DNA of 64,000 nucleotides from Hemiscyllium ocellatum (taxonomy: Eukaryota): the NCBI RefSeq assembly GCF_020745735.1, contig NC_083414.1, positions 38,626,001 to 38,690,000 on the forward strand, read 5' to 3'. The notes beneath the pieces are model-generated. The model was not told the DNA's origin. It did not search any database and was given only the letters and a program-made list of their open reading frames with translations. Below are positions 1 through 14,032 of the stretch, in pieces (the first letter of the stretch is position 1; the number at the start of each line of letters is the position of its first letter). Made by a program: the position numbers and the translations under genes.

Positions 1-1512
1 CAACTATTAACCTCCTCTTGTTTAGTTGACTTAGTTTTGATTTTTTTCAGTTCTCCATGTCCCTCTTAAAAGTACTAATGAACTCAGTTTCTTTTGTGAT
101 CATCTGAAATTTGGCCCGTTACTGGGACTTGCTAATAACCCAAAACAATTCATTTCAGTGCTGTTCAAAAAACATCCATTTTATTACCACTTCCCTATTA
201 TTCATTTTAATATTTTGTACTTATAACTGTTTACTTGCTTCGCTTAAACATTGTGATTTTCTTAGCTCCGATTGCTACTTTTTACATTGCATTCCAGTAA
301 TCCAGCATAAAAATAACTAACTAACTGAATGCATTTAGCACTTCATTGAGTTTATGCTCATCTGTTCAAGAAGAAATCAAAAATTCTGAATTGGCATCCA
401 TACCATAAAGAGGTATGTTAAGAGATTTACCCATTACCAACCTTATTGAAACCTTCCAAAATATTTCAAAATTTGATTCTTAACATTCTCTTTTCCAGTG
501 TAAACTACCCTAGTCTTCAGAGAGCATTATTTTCTATTTCAAATCAAAACAATCGGATATTTCCAAAAGTATTTAGTATGAAGACAGATAGTTTGCTTAT
601 TAAACCTACTCCTCGAGAAATAATATCAAGCTATCTACCAGGCAAAGCAGAAATTACGCTCACATTCTACAAGTGCCAATTTATCATAGTAAACTCTGCA
701 TTTGAACATATGTGTATAAAGCATGGAGTTCAGTGCAGAAAGAATATTTGAATGGCAACCACTAGACTAATGCCGAAAGCAGGATTGCAGATGCAGTTTC
801 TTGTGCTCCGAATATGAATATAAATGACTGATTCAATCACTGTGCAGTGGAGAAAGATGGAGAGTGGATAGAAGGAATTGGGGGAGGGGGCACAGCACCT
901 TCCTGCTGTCCTCACTTCCCCGTCATACCATTCTCACTTCTGCACTTCCTTCTGTTAAAGTCCATTTCAAAAAACCGCTTATTTTCTGTGCGAGCACAAT
1001 TCCTTTATGTATGGCTTCACTGGAATTTTACAGAATGATGTAGAGACTCTGAAACTGTGTGCATGTGTGTTTGTAGATTGGTGCTCTTGAGTGATGCCAG
1101 GTGTCAGCAGACACTGCCATTGAAGAAAGTCAACTCAGGGAAGGGACTACCTGGTACATCTCCAATCTCTACACTGGTGCACATGCACAATATAATGTGA
1201 CTGCAGAAGCAATGAATCATATTTATTTTGCAGTCTTACAACATTTGATCACTATGTAGTATTCAATGCAGCCCAGGATGAAACTTGATAAGTTTATCAA
1301 CCGAATTTTTAAAAAATTATTATTCTTGTTCAGATTTTCATAATCATATTTTTTATTATTTTCAATGCAATTATGAGACCAAAGAGAACATTTGCATCTG
1401 AAATTAGATTGAATTTTTGCATAGTAAAGAAAGATAGGCAGTATTATGATAATTTTAATTGACTGAAATATTGACGTGCTCTGTATTAAAGAATGTTTAT
1501 CTGTCTTTTTAA

Positions 1513-1880
1513 ATTCTGTGTTGGATGTGGTTATTGCTAGCAAGGATGGCATTCTTTTCCCATTCTAATTTACCCTTGAAGCCAATGGCTCTTTGGGCCA
1601 TTTCAGAGACAATTAAGAGTCAAGTACATTGATGTGGTGTGGAGTCACAAAAATGCCAGAGCAAGTAAGGATGACAGATTTCCTGACCTCAAGGACATGA
1701 GCGAATCATGATTCAACAATGAACAATGGTTACCCTCATAATGCTTCCTTTTAATTCCAGATTATATCAAATTCAAATCTCACCACCTGCTATAGTTTGT
1801 TTTGATGACATGTTCTCTGAATATTAGAGTAAGGTCCTGGATTACCAATCTAGTGACATTATCCATTTGCCAACAGCTAC
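1513..1880 (-). mobile_element. Old tRNA-derived shark SINE, degenerate (same family as 38040-38330)
   Basis: Minus strand has a tRNA-like head (GTCACTAGATTGGTAATCCAG) and a body (GGAAATCTGTCATCCTTACTTG...GACTCTTAATTGTCTCTGAAATGG) matching the + copy at 38040. Confidence 0.6.
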
Positions 1881-4460
1881 CTCTTCCCCATCTGTCCACT
1901 ATCCGTTCCTGCCTACAGACATTCAGCTCTATTAGTCTTGCTTATTAGGTGGCATTCACTCAGCAGAAGGTGGAAACAAAGTAGTAACATACGACAATCA
2001 GAACGCTATGCCTCACTGCGATACAACGCTGGAAACCAAGGCCCCAAAATTCCATGAGTTATCACCACAATTAAAGATTTGTCAGAAGTACACAAAATTC
2101 TCCAATTCTCTATATTTCAGACCCACGTTGACAGAAGTCACAGTCACAAGTTTCTGCACTGAACAAGAATTACAATTTATTACAAATGAATACATTCAAA
2201 CTATTAACAGACATTAATTTTACCAGTTCAAACTTTAACCTACTTATAAACTCCTATAAATATACATGTATACATATTCACACTGACATAAACAGAATTT
2301 TAAAATGTGTATTATTGTGGCCAGAAGGACTGCGAAGCTAGGTCAATGGTTTCTATCTACATGGTTTGCTGAGAATATCCCCTGAGCTTATCAGGCATCT
2401 CCAAATGCTTTCACTTGCTTGCAGAAGATACAGGGTTGCTGGTTCACACTTATAAAGTATCTTGTTTACTGGTTAGAAACCACAGCTCATAGCAATTGCT
2501 GGGGGAAAAAATAACTTAGCTTTCTTCAGGCTTAAGGTTTTTTTCTCCTTCTGAGAAAATAAACGGCTCCTTCTCTTGTGGAGATCCAATGGCTTCTCCT
2601 TATACATTCATACCATGGGAGCCAAGCACAAAGTTGCCCGCAGCCAGAAGATCTATATAATTGATTATTGGTCACAAATTCATTAACCAAACAGGTACCA
2701 TCCAAATCTTTATTCACACATAGCCAAACTTTTATCACTGCTTGAACAGCAACTATGTCAACATTCCTTACGAGGACTGTCAAGTTACTTGCTTTTAAAA
2801 ACTGTAGAACTCCTTTACCATTTCTTGGTTTTGTAAAACACTCCTTTTCCTATTCCAGTGTACAATCAAAAATACCAAAATCTTTCAAAAACTGGTCATT
2901 ATATAAATGCTGCCATTTCGATGGTTGGGTGCGAAGACATTTGAATTTGAGTGCCCAGATAGTCACCAGAAAAGAGCAGATATCCTCATTAACGTTTATA
3001 TTTCATAATCTATTATGTCAATACGAGCCTCAAGCAATTTTTAGACACAATCACTTTTCTCAAAAGAAGATGCATAAATTCAGTTTTAAGGATGGATGCT
3101 GAAGTTTCCAAAATAAAATTTAGCCAAATCACAACTATTTTTATTTTAAGGAATACATTTTTATGGTCTCAACTACCATCAGACAGGAAATGAATCGTGG
3201 CCTATTTATAGACATTGGTAAATTGCCATGTCACTGAGGAGAAGCAGATTGAAAATTCAGCAGTTTCTACCACAGGTGGACAACCGGCTCTTCCAGATTA
3301 CTGGCCAGGTTGTGAAGATAAAAACATCATCCTTACATCAGCTCTTGTCTATTATTCATAGTGCAGCAACAGTTAGCAATTGAAGGTGACTCTCAATTAG
3401 TTGCAATTTGAAGAGATCCTGAAGATAGATCTGCAACCATTTCACAAATGATCTAAGCCATAAATTTATTGCAGTAATGCAGTTAACAGTTCTATTCTTC
3501 AGTCCAAATGCAGAGAAAGCTTTGCCAGTTCATTTTGAGATTGTGACATGAATTTTAATTTAAAACTGACGAGTGAAGTGTGGGATGTTGCACATTTTGA
3601 TGCATGTCCACATTTCAAACCTCAAAGCCTTCTGTCATTTTTGTCAAGTTAATTAAAAAAATTATGCAAACACTTTTCAATTCAGGGCAATTCTTTTTTC
3701 CCTCAGTGAAAAATCCACACCAAGTTTTGCCTAATTAATACAAGACTAGCTCCTGCAAGTCAGTTGCTGTATAATAAGCTTAATTTGTAGCAATAATTCT
3801 AAGAATGGGATTTGTGGACAATTTCCTTTTGGGTTTCTACTGCCAGTGTCAGCATCCTTGAACAATCAGAAAACTAATGAATGCGCCATCATGATAAGGT
3901 GTTGGATCACTTCCCAAAGCATTTTGGGCTTCAGTCGTCACAAACCTCCCTAACCAGATTACTGTTAGGCTAGCCACAGCAGAGGCCCTGTCTTAGTTCA
4001 TTACACACCACCTGTTAAACTTGATTAACAGTGCTGACTAATTGTCTGTTAAGAACATTTCATCCCATAATGGATCCCAGAAGCATCACAAGTCTACTTG
4101 TTACTACTAGCCAAGTTTCATGTTAAATATGAACAGATCTATCAGATATTTTTACAGGCTTCTGCGTCAGAAATACAGAATCACAAATTTTAAACCAAAA
4201 TCTCTCTACTAGCATTATGCTAGACCATGTTAAAGGTGCTTTTACATCACTTGCTCTGAAAAAAAGGCCACATATGTCTTGATTTTAACTCAGGACACCA
4301 GATCACAATAGGTCTCAAGAAAAATCCTTTGCTGTTCCGGAGGACAAACTTAAAAGATCTAAACTGACCACAAACACTTTAAGTTATATCACAATGATAT
4401 CTTATTACCTTTGTCAAAATAACGCATTGTGCAATTTCTTTTGTGGCACATTCATCTTTC

Positions 4461-5107
4461 GAGGGGAAAGTGAGGACTGCAGATGCTGGAGATCAGGTTT
4501 GAACAGTGTGGCGCTGGAAAAGTACAGCTGGTCAGGCAGCATCTGAGGAGCAGGAGAATCGACGTTTCGAGCATAAGCCCTTCATCAGGAATGAGGCTTG
4601 TGGCTCAATCGGGCTGAGAAATAAAAGGGAGAGGGGAGGGGCTGGGGGGAAGGTCACTGGGAATGTGATAGGGGAAGGTGAGGGTGAAGGTGATAGGTCA
4701 GAGAGCATGGTGGAGCAGATAAGTGGGAAGGAAGATAGAGAGGTAAGACAGTTCAAGAGGGTGGTGCCGAGTGGGAAGGTTGGATCTGGGATAAGGTGGG
4801 GGAAGGGGAAATGAGGAAACTGGCAAAATCCACGTTGATCTTGTGTGGTTGGAAGGTGCCAAGGTGGAAGGTGAGGAGTTCTTCCTCCAGGAATCAGGAC
4901 GTTAGGGTTTGGGCATGGAGGAGGCCAAGGACTTGCATGTCTTTGGTGGAGTGGGAAGGGGAGTTAGTGTATGGCCACCAGGCAGTGGGGTTGTTTATCT
5001 CTCAGCCTTTTTGGGCCACAAGCCTCATTCCTAATGAAGGAATAATGTTTGAAACGCTGATTCTCCTGCACAGCGGATGCTGCCTGACTGGCTGTGCCAC
5101 ACTCTCA
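4461..5107 (-). mobile_element. Neptune-type PLE 3' fragment (minus) plus a short inverted pLTR (+, ~4997-5107)
   Basis: TSD ACATTCATCTT at 4448-4458 and 5108-5118. Homologous to 34105-34972 and 53121-53685. HHR motif in both arms, with the + copy decayed. Confidence 0.85.
4553..4593 (-). ncRNA. Minimal type I hammerhead ribozyme motif (PLE pLTR, family A)
   Basis: Minus strand reads CAUUC-CUGAUGA-A-GGGC-UUAU-GCUC-GAAA-CGUC^GAUUC: intact core, helix II and palindromic ACGU helix III. Confidence 0.8.
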
Positions 5108-6408
5108 ACATTCATCTTCCTATACAGGTTAATTTTAATAATTCATACATTAGATAAAACTAATCACTTTTTTTGCAAGACTTACGTAACCTTTTGACTG
5201 GATAATAATATAACTGTAATATATAGTTTCATTCTGGTCTCATAAATAGTTAGTGTACAGCTGTGCCCTGATCATCTTTTGCAGTATAATTGTCACCATA
5301 CATTGAGGTACAAATGGATTGATGACACATCCTAGAAATTAAGGTATTTAATTTTATGAATGCCATAAACATGCCATATTTAGGAAATAGTTTTCTTATT
5401 TCATGGAAATGACTAGTTAATTAGTCTAGTTAACAAACACCACAAATTATCAAAGATGTTGGGTAGCTCACCTATTGGGGCACAAGTGCGATTTCAACAG
5501 GCTGAAATTGTCCAGACCTTGAATGACTGGGAAGTGGTCCAATATTTTACCATGACAGGGCATTAATTTGACTTCTGATTATTTAAGAATGCTAACTCTG
5601 GCAGCACAAACCCATAATGAAGTTGCCCATAAATTTAAGAGATATTACTACAAATGCATCCCATGTTTGAGAACAGCAAGATCGGCAAGAAGAGATTTTC
5701 AACGTCAAGAAGACAAGTTTGATTTTGCACCAAGGGTTTGACTGCGAGATGTGATTCTCATTATCGAGAGGCAAAAAGGCCAATTTGCATGCAGTAATAT
5801 TTCATTATTACCTTTTTCTGCCTCATTTATTTGTAGTTAGCGTTTCTCCCATTTGTAGCGATAAGTTGTTTGTGACAATTACCATATCAACATCAGAGTT
5901 AGTGATGGTGACTCCAGCTCATGACTTTCTCCTCCAGGTCTCAATGTGGCTAGCGGTCCACCACATTTCAGGCCAAGTTTCATTTATGGCAACTACTTGC
6001 AGACCCCCATGGTGGAAGTTGGCATTGGGCACATAGCAGCTTCACCACAGCAAGACACATCTCTAACTCGTTTGGAAGATAATCATCAACAACAATGCTG
6101 TGCTTGGAATGTACCAACAACTTGCATTATAACACTGCTGCCAGGCCACTTTTCATGCATGGACACTGACTTCATGAATTGCAGCAGGATGCACCTCAGG
6201 ACTCTGTACCTTGCTCTCTTGGCACTCACTCACTCAGTCCATGCTTACTTAGCTCATAACGTCTCTAAAAGGTCTTGCCTGTTTGCACATTGCTGCATTC
6301 TACATTGAAAGAATCACTGTACTTCTGTCTTGCCTTGCCCCTTAGTAGACACAGAACCAAGCAGTTTGTCATGTTTGACAGCAGTGATCAGTCATGACGG
6401 AGGACATG

Positions 6409-6525
6409 TTGTTCTGAAGAAAAGTCATATCAAACTTTAACTCTGTTTCTCTCTCCACAGATGATGGCAGACTTGCTGAGTTTCTCCAGTGTTTCTTTCA
6501 GTTTCCAGCATTACAGTACTTTGCC
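6409..6525 (+). mobile_element. Old decayed HHR-headed pLTR (family C)
   Basis: GTTCTGAAGAAAAGTCA...AAACTTTAACTCTGTTTCTCTCTCCACAGATG. Related copies at ~7884-7975, 14490-14575, 26776-26860, 27330-27555, 29470-29660 and 38380-38450. Confidence 0.6.
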
Positions 6526-6655
6526 TATATATTAAGACTCAGGAATGGATTTGTTAAGAATGCACAATTGGTTGTCTAAACCCATAGTAAACAAAAAGCA
6601 AAATTGAAGTTAAACTGCTGGTAGATAAACAGAGTTAGGGTAGGTTTTTGCTGAG

Positions 6656-6779
6656 GAGACAATGAGTCTGCAAACACTGGAGATCAGAGCTGAGAGTGTG
6701 TTGCTAGAAAAGCACAGCTGGTCAGGCAGCATCCAAGGAGCAGAAAAATCAACGTTTCGGGCTGGAGCCCTTCATCAGA
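6656..6779 (-). mobile_element. Solo 124-nt HHR-headed PLE-derived mini element
   Basis: TSD TTTTTGCTGAG at 6645-6655 and 6780-6790. Minus strand starts 1 nt before CUGAUGA-A-GGGCUCCAGCCC-GAAA-CGUU. Confidence 0.85.
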
Positions 6780-7054
6780 TTTTTGCTGAGCTGTGGAAAT
6801 TCCACACAGCTTCACAAGTGGCCAAATTTAGGAATTTTACCCCCTATTTTCTGACAGATTCCATTTTTGCTGATAGGAGAAGGGTGGAGTGTGAATCATT
6901 CAACGAGCATTGTATTAAATGTTGAGTTAAAATAAGCCCCTTTTTTGCTGTAAGAGTCTTAATCTGCAGTGTAGCAGTTACAAATTTTTTAAAGTATTTG
7001 GAAATGCAAAAGGATGGATATGGTCTTTAGAACTGTCATATGTGAAGTTATTTA

Positions 7055-7530
7055 AGAACATAGTAAGTAGGAATAGGCCATTTAGCCACTCAACCACCAT
7101 TCCACTTGATGAGCCCCAAGTCTCAACTCCTCTTTCGAGCCAGTTCTTCATTCACCTTCAACTCACCAGCATTTCAAAAATACATCTACCTCCTCTTCAA
7201 ATACTTATAAGTGATCTTGCTTTTAAGTCTCTGTGGTAGAAAATTCCAAACGTCCACTAACCTCAATTTTAAATAATTAAATAAATAAATATCCCCTTAT
7301 TCTGTGACTACGTACCCCACTTTGAAATTTCCCCCACCCAGTGGAATAATTTTCTTAAAATCTTTCCTATTAAATCTCCTCTATATCTTGTATATTTTAA
7401 TAAGATCACTTCTCATTCTTCTAATCTCTACAGAACAAAGACCTACACTCTACAGCCATTCTTGAAAAGTTAACCCCTTCAGCCCAATAATTAGCCTAGT
7501 GAAACACTTTTGAAATGTCTTCAATGCCAA
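7055..7530 (-). mobile_element. Degenerate CR1 LINE 3' end
   Basis: CR1-type tail (AAGAACATAGTAAGTAGGAATAGGCCATTTAGCC) and remnant of the LExRRMRSDL-like ORF2 C-terminal motif on the minus strand. Confidence 0.65.
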
Positions 7531-8917
7531 ATTACCTTTCTTTAATGTGTGTTCCAAAATCATACACAGTAGAGTTAAAGCCCCAGTACATTTTTAAAAA
7601 AAGACTATCTATGCCTAAGAGAGTTGAAAAAAAAACTGTCCGAGCAATTACAAAAGCAGTTTGCTGTCCTTTCCTACCCCAAAATCATCAGGCCCAATCA
7701 TCACATGTTTGGGCACAACACAGCCAACCCATTTTCATCAATAATGGTCTCCATTTTCAGATTTTCTTTCCTCCTGGCATACCATAATCCATCCCTTTGT
7801 CTTTTTCATTACCTTTGGGCTCCAACTCTACCTATCCGCTCACTCTTTCACCAAACATACCACCTTATCCTCGCTACTATCATTTCTGAAGACTCACTGA
7901 ACTCAAAACTTTAACTCTGCTTTCTCTCCACAGACATTGCCCAACCACAGTTGCTCCAGCAGTTTCTATTTCCAAGACCTTGTCATTCCCTTTTCATTGT
8001 ACTTCTCTCTCACCCCACTTCTATGCTCTGTGCTTGGTTGTAAATACTGACACCTTCAAATTTTTTGAGTTTCAACAATCGGATCATCAATCTGATTTGT
8101 TAGCTATCTTTTTCTTCTGATCTGAATATTTCCAGTACTTATTTGTCTATGTTCCTAATATTCATGTAACTTAAAGTACAATGGGACAAACGTTTTATAA
8201 CCAGGGTTTAAGTGTGATATGCTATCTTCCAATATAGGGACGTTTAAAATATCTGGATGGCATTTTTTGTATACTATTCTACTCAGTTTAAGTTTATTGA
8301 TTGCTAGAATTTGAATAACAAAATGAAAGCTCTGTTAATTTTCGCATTTATTTTGTTGAGAAAAGTAAATACAGAATCAATAATGTGGTTTATTTCCAAC
8401 TTAATATAGGTTTCTCCAAAAAAAACACTTTGAAAAAAAATTACCATCAGTCACTTGTGCAATTTTGTCAAGACCCTTCTGGCAATATTAATTTAAGGGG
8501 AGTTGCAAACATTTGTACATAACCTGATTGATGGCAACACCATAATAATTAGAATGTAAGTATGAACAATAAAAATGCCCAATTGAAATTTAAAACTGGA
8601 GAATTACTGACCAAATATTGGAACTTTTAAGAAACAAAAATGGGAAGAATGTGTTCATGAAAGAGTTGGCAATACAATTGTAGAAAAACTGAGCATAGCA
8701 TTCAGTCAACTTCATCCAAACTGGTCAAAGTCTTTATCACTAAAGTTAAAAATGGTCATAACACCACCTTCAAAATCCATCTAACAGCAGGCCACTCAAT
8801 AGCTAAACACAACCTTTGTTTAAGGCAATCTGGAAAATACTGTTACACTTTAGAGTACTGAACCATATGGAGATGCCTTTAAACACATTTAATCCAATTC
8901 TGTCAAAGATTCAGTCA

Positions 8918-9496
8918 GAAATGACAGCCAGACTACTAAGACCCCTTGGAATCCTAGTAGCACACAAACCCACCACTACTCTCAAGCAAAAACTTACAAA
9001 CTTAAAAGACCCAGTACAACCCATGGACAAAACCAATGTCATCTACAAACTTCCATGCAAGGACTGCCACAAACACTACGTAGGACAAACAGGAAGAAAG
9101 TTAGCCACCGGGATACACGAACACCAGCTAGCCACAAAAAGACACGACCCTCTCTCCCTCGTAGCCTTACACACGGTTGAAAAAAAAACACCATTTCGAC
9201 TGGGACAAAACATCTATCCTGGGACAGGCTAAGCAAAGACAGGCCAGAGAATTCCTAGAGGCCTGGCACTCCAACCACAATGCCATAAACAAACACATAG
9301 ATCTAGATGCTATCTATCAACCCCTCAGAAAACGAACAGGAAATGACATCACCACAAACCCCAGGAACCCCATCCAGGAGAAAAATATAAATACAAAACC
9401 GGGGACCAACAGCTTCGCTTCACTTGGAGGTCGCCTAGCCAGGTAATGAAACGTCTGGATATCAAACCTACAGCTCAGCGAACAAACCTACGCCCT
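8918..9496 (+). mobile_element. Penelope/Poseidon-type PLE, 5'-truncated, GIY-YIG endonuclease region, frameshifted
   Basis: NVIYKLPCKDCHKHYVGQTGRKLATGIHEH...HHFDWD...REFLEAWHS. TSD ATTCAGTCA at 8909-8917 and 9497-9505. HHR CUGAUGA core is deleted near 9432. Confidence 0.9.
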
Positions 9497-12169
9497 ATTC
9501 AGTCAAATAGCGCAAAACACTAAGAATAATATTATATGAAGAAGAGGTCTTATGTTCCACAAAAGTAATTTTTTTTGTCCACATGCACAGTGTTAACTTT
9601 GCAATTTTCCAAGAGAAAAGCAACAAAATTATAATTTTATGTTAAGCAGGATTAGCACAGAATATCATTGATAAAATTAGTTTTTTTTCATTCATAATAT
9701 TGGAAGAAAGAGAACAAGTTCTCCCTTTTTGGAGACAATGAAAAGACAAACAACATCCTTAAAAAATTATGAATATACACCACAGATCATAGGGAGCACA
9801 TCAAGTGTATATTTACTGCTGTTTCCAATTCAAATACACTTTGGATCAACATAATGTGTTGTCAACACTTTCAAAATAAAGTAAAGCTATGGTGTTGAAT
9901 ATGCAATTAAGATAAAGTCACAAAGAAAAACAAATTCAGCAACCAATAAAGAATTTGTGTAAATAGGACCTGATGGAGTGTCAACAGTACAGATTTAGTT
10001 CACAGATTATGTGCAATTTAGAGCTCCCTATTGACTATGCAAACAATGCATCACATCATCAAGATCAGAAAAGTGTTTGTAATTGCATGAGGGCAGTATT
10101 GTCCGAGATGTTAATCACTACCCATATATGGCCATTTGCAACCCAGATCTGGCTAACCATGTTTCTAATTAATAATTTAATATGAGTATTGAGCGCTATC
10201 CTTAAGTATATGCTGTCTCTATTTGTATTTGCCAGGCATATGTGTGCTTACTTTAACATTTTATGAACTTGTTGGTAAATTGGTAAAATGAAAAGCAATG
10301 TATATGTTTTTTTTAAAGAAATTGAAATGCTTTACTTCCTTGCTACTGAATAGTGGTATGTATTTGTTATGTATATCTACACAAAATAGTACATAAAGCA
10401 CTTTCTATTTAAATTGACGAAATAGATAAAATGATGTTATCATGGCCACTATCTGTGGTTAGAGATTTCAATTGAACAACAAGGTACTAGAGGAGGTGAA
10501 TGTTCACAAATATTTCCATGCTCAACAATGGAGGATCCCAACATATTAGTGCAAAAGACAGGATGAAAACATTTGCATTCACCTTCACCCAGAAGTGCGA
10601 ATAGAAGTGCAATTTCCTCCATCTGAGGTCTTCAACATCACAGATGCTAGTCTTCAACCTGCTGGATTCACAGCATCAAGCAAATGACTGAAATTGTTAA
10701 ATATTGTAAAGTGCCTACACCGTAACAACATCTCAAGGGGTGGTCATCACTTGCAATCAAGGATTGAGCCCTCCCTAGATGAGCAACAAGTAACAGAAGT
10801 TTGAGACAGACAGACAGACGGAGAGGGGTCATTTGTGGAAATTACAGTTTCCAACCTTCTGTGGGACTTAGAGATCCAAAGTGCATTCATTTAGTTCGTC
10901 AAGTTTACAGAGAATCTGTTTTTTGACACATTCCCATGTCTTCAGCAATTCAAAGCCAGCAAAATCGTTAGTTACTTCTTCATGTTCTATGGACTGTTCC
11001 ATATTACCCCTTTGGCCTAGCTGCATTTTTTTCCATTTTCAATATATTTGTTAATGTATTTGCCAGTAATTTCCTTTAATTCAGCAATCCTCACAGCATC
11101 AACTGTGTAAAGAACCTGTGATCTACTGAATAGAAGTTGTTCTTACATTCTTTCACTGTTGGTGAAGCTTTTTTTGCAATATAAAAATGGGTTTCTCAGC
11201 AATTATTTGACTAAATTTGGTTCTGCTGTTGCTCCAGGATCAATTAAGCTGGTTAAAATCAGTGTTTTAAGAATTCTAAGCTAGCTATAGTTGGAAGATG
11301 TTCCATAATTTTCCTCCAAATGGAGATTTTACTGCTCTATTCCATCCAATTGATTAGAGGAAAAGTGTCTCTATGATAGTTAACATTTGAAACAAGTCTC
11401 TAATCATAAGAATGATCAGTTGATAAGAAGCAAGCATTATAAAATGTTGCAATGCTCTTAAATTAAAAATTAAATTCAAATATTCCCATTTTCATTGCCT
11501 TGGCAGTATCTGCAATATAAAGTGTTTTATTTTCCTTCAAGATTGAATTTTAAACTTTGCTGTTTTTCCTATGCTGATGTGAATTCCTGACCTTGACTGG
11601 TCTCAACAGTAAATATTCTGCCTTGCACTGCCTCCTGCCAAAGAACCTTAGAGCAGCTGTCAAAGCTGCCTAATTCCATTTGTGAAGAACATCAGTTTTA
11701 TACATGTCAAATTGGACAAGACTGTCCCAGTTTGAAACACAAGAAAAATATCTATCAAATATAATTTGACCTTGAACCTTTAACAAGTTAAGCAACAAAA
11801 TTGGAAGCTACATTAAGTGTATGAGCTCAAGATATTTGAATCAAAAACGTTCACCTTGATGAATAGAGGTATAAGCTGATCGATAAAATGAAGGTTGCAA
11901 ATATTTTGAGATAGAAGCCTGGTTTTTGTATATACAATACTTCAATTCCCTGAAAATTGCTAATGATGTTTTTACTGTCAAGTAAAAATCCTTGTTCACA
12001 GCAAGCTCATGATACAGAGGGAACCATAACTAAGATTATAATTTTGATTTGAGGACAGCTGTCGAAAAATTCTTACATAGAAAGCAATCACAAAAATTAT
12101 AAGACAGAACAAAGAGTATTAAAAATTATCATATAAAAATAATCAAATTAGAGCATCTTCTCTTAAGAT

Positions 12170-12500
12170 TGCTTGACTTTGTTTATTTTCAAATCCCCCA
12201 TGAATTCACTGTTCTTTATCTCTATAATCTCCTTCGGTCATAAAATACTCCAATTTTGACCTTGTGAGCTTCCCCAATAAGCCTTCAGCTGCCAAGCCCA
12301 TATGCTCTGGAATTCCATCTTTAATACTCTGCATCTCTGTTGATCTTTTCTTGTTTTTAACTCTCATTAAGTACTCATTCTTCAATTAAGTTTCAGATTG
12401 TCTGCACAATATTGCTTTATGTAACTTTGTGCCAAATTTTGTTTGACAACACTCCGATAAAGAACTTTCAGATATTTTACAACATTAAAAGCGAGTATAA
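12170..12500 (+). mobile_element. Ancient L2-like LINE 3' end
   Basis: GCCTTCAGCTGCCAAGCCCATATGCTCTGGAATTCC (AFS...LWNS motif) and a tail similar in reverse to 22880-23200 and 24670-25080. Confidence 0.55.
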
Positions 12501-12765
12501 GGTTTTGTGGACATAAAAGGTATAAATCAAAGGATATTTTTTCAAATCATCTATTGAAGACAAGACTATCATTCTAGTTGTCCATAGTATGAAGACTGTG
12601 TGGTGTACAATTTTTTTGGATGCAACATCATTTTATCAAATGAAAAATAAAACAAGCAGTAACATCGTTTATAGAAAATGTAAGGGAATAAAATGCACTT
12701 TGGTTATTTGATATGCACTTATTTCCATTCATCAAATAAGGTTCCATGATCATTCCTCAGTTTGA

Positions 12766-14032
12766 AGTTTGTGCGAAGATTTGTAGCTCGAGTGCTCGTT
12801 GTTGTGGTTCTGTTCGCCGAGCTGGAAGTTTTTGTTGCAAACGTTTCGTCCCCTGGCTAGGCGACATCATCAATGCTTTGGAGCCTCCTGCGAAGCACTT
12901 CTTTGGTGTTTCTTCTGGTATTTATAGTGGTCTGTCCTTGCCGCTTCCGGTTGTCAGTTTCAGCTGTCCGCTGTAGTGGTTGGTATATTGGGTCCAGGTC
13001 GATGTGTTTGTTGATGGAGTTTGTGGATGAATGCCATGCCTCTAGGAATTCCCTGGCTGTTCTCTGTCTGGCTTGTCCTATGATAGCAGTGTTGTCCCAG
13101 TCGAATTCATGTTGCTTGTTGTCTGCGTGTGTGGCTACTAGGGATAGCTGGTCGTGTCGTTTCGTGGCTAGTTGATGTTGCGGATTGTTAGCTGTCTTCC
13201 TGTTTGTCCTATATAGTGTTTTGTGCAGTCCTTGCATGGTATTTTGTACACTACATTAGTTTTGCTCATGTTGGGTATCGGGTCCTTCGTTCTAGTGAGT
13301 TGTCTGAGCATGGCTGTTGGTTTGTGTGCCGTTATGAGTCCTAAGGGTCGCAGTAGTCTGGCTGTCAGTTCTGAAACGCTCCTGATCTATGGTAGTGTGG
13401 CTAGTCCTTTTGGTTGTGGCATGTCCTCGTTCCGTGGTCTTTCTCTTAGGCACCTGTTGATAAAGTTGCGCGGGTATCTGTTTTTGGCGAATACCTTGTA
13501 TAGGTGTTCCTCTTCTTCTTTTTGCAGTTCTGGTGTACTGCAGTGTGTTGTGGCCCTTTTGAATAGTGTCCTGATGCAGCTTCGTTTGTGTGTGTTGGGG
13601 TGGTTACTTTCATAGGACAAACACTATATAGGACAAACAGGAAGACAGCTAACAATCCGCATACACGAACATCAACTAGCCACGAAACGACACGACCAGC
13701 TATCCCTAGTAGCCACACACGCAGACAACAAGCAACATGAATTCGACTGGGACAACACTACTATCATAGGACAAGCCAGACAGAGAACAGCCAGGGAATT
13801 CCTAGAGGCATGGCATTCATCCACAAACTCCATCAACAAACACATCGACCTGGACCCAATATTCCAACCACTACAGCGGACAACCGGAAGCGGCAAGGAC
13901 AGACCACTATAAATACCGGAAGAAACATCAAAGAAGCACTTCGCAGGAGGCTCCAAAGCACTGATGATGTCGCCTAGCCAGGGGACGAAACGTTTGCAAC
14001 AAAAACTCCCAGCTCGGCAAACAGAACCACAA
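12766..14032. mobile_element. Poseidon-type PLE insertion with inverted structure (minus arm ~12766-13614, plus arm ~13615-14032)
   Basis: 15-nt TSD CATTCCTCAGTTTGA at 12751-12765 and 14033-14047. Encodes YESNHPNTHKRSCIRTLFKRA (RT thumb/linker) and GIY-YIG HYIGQTGR...EFDWD...REFLEAWHS. Confidence 0.92.
13958..13997 (+). ncRNA. Minimal hammerhead ribozyme motif (family B)
   Basis: GCA-CUGAUGA-U-GUCGCCU-AGCC-AGGGGAC-GAAA-CGUU^UGC, with helix I GCA/UGC. Confidence 0.8.

Noticed and set aside
1150-1200. Minus-strand IVHVHQ followed by CAG|GTAG, reminiscent of the HIT motif HVHVH
   Set aside because: Lacks the third His and the following LPR, and the two intervening FHIT exons were not found.
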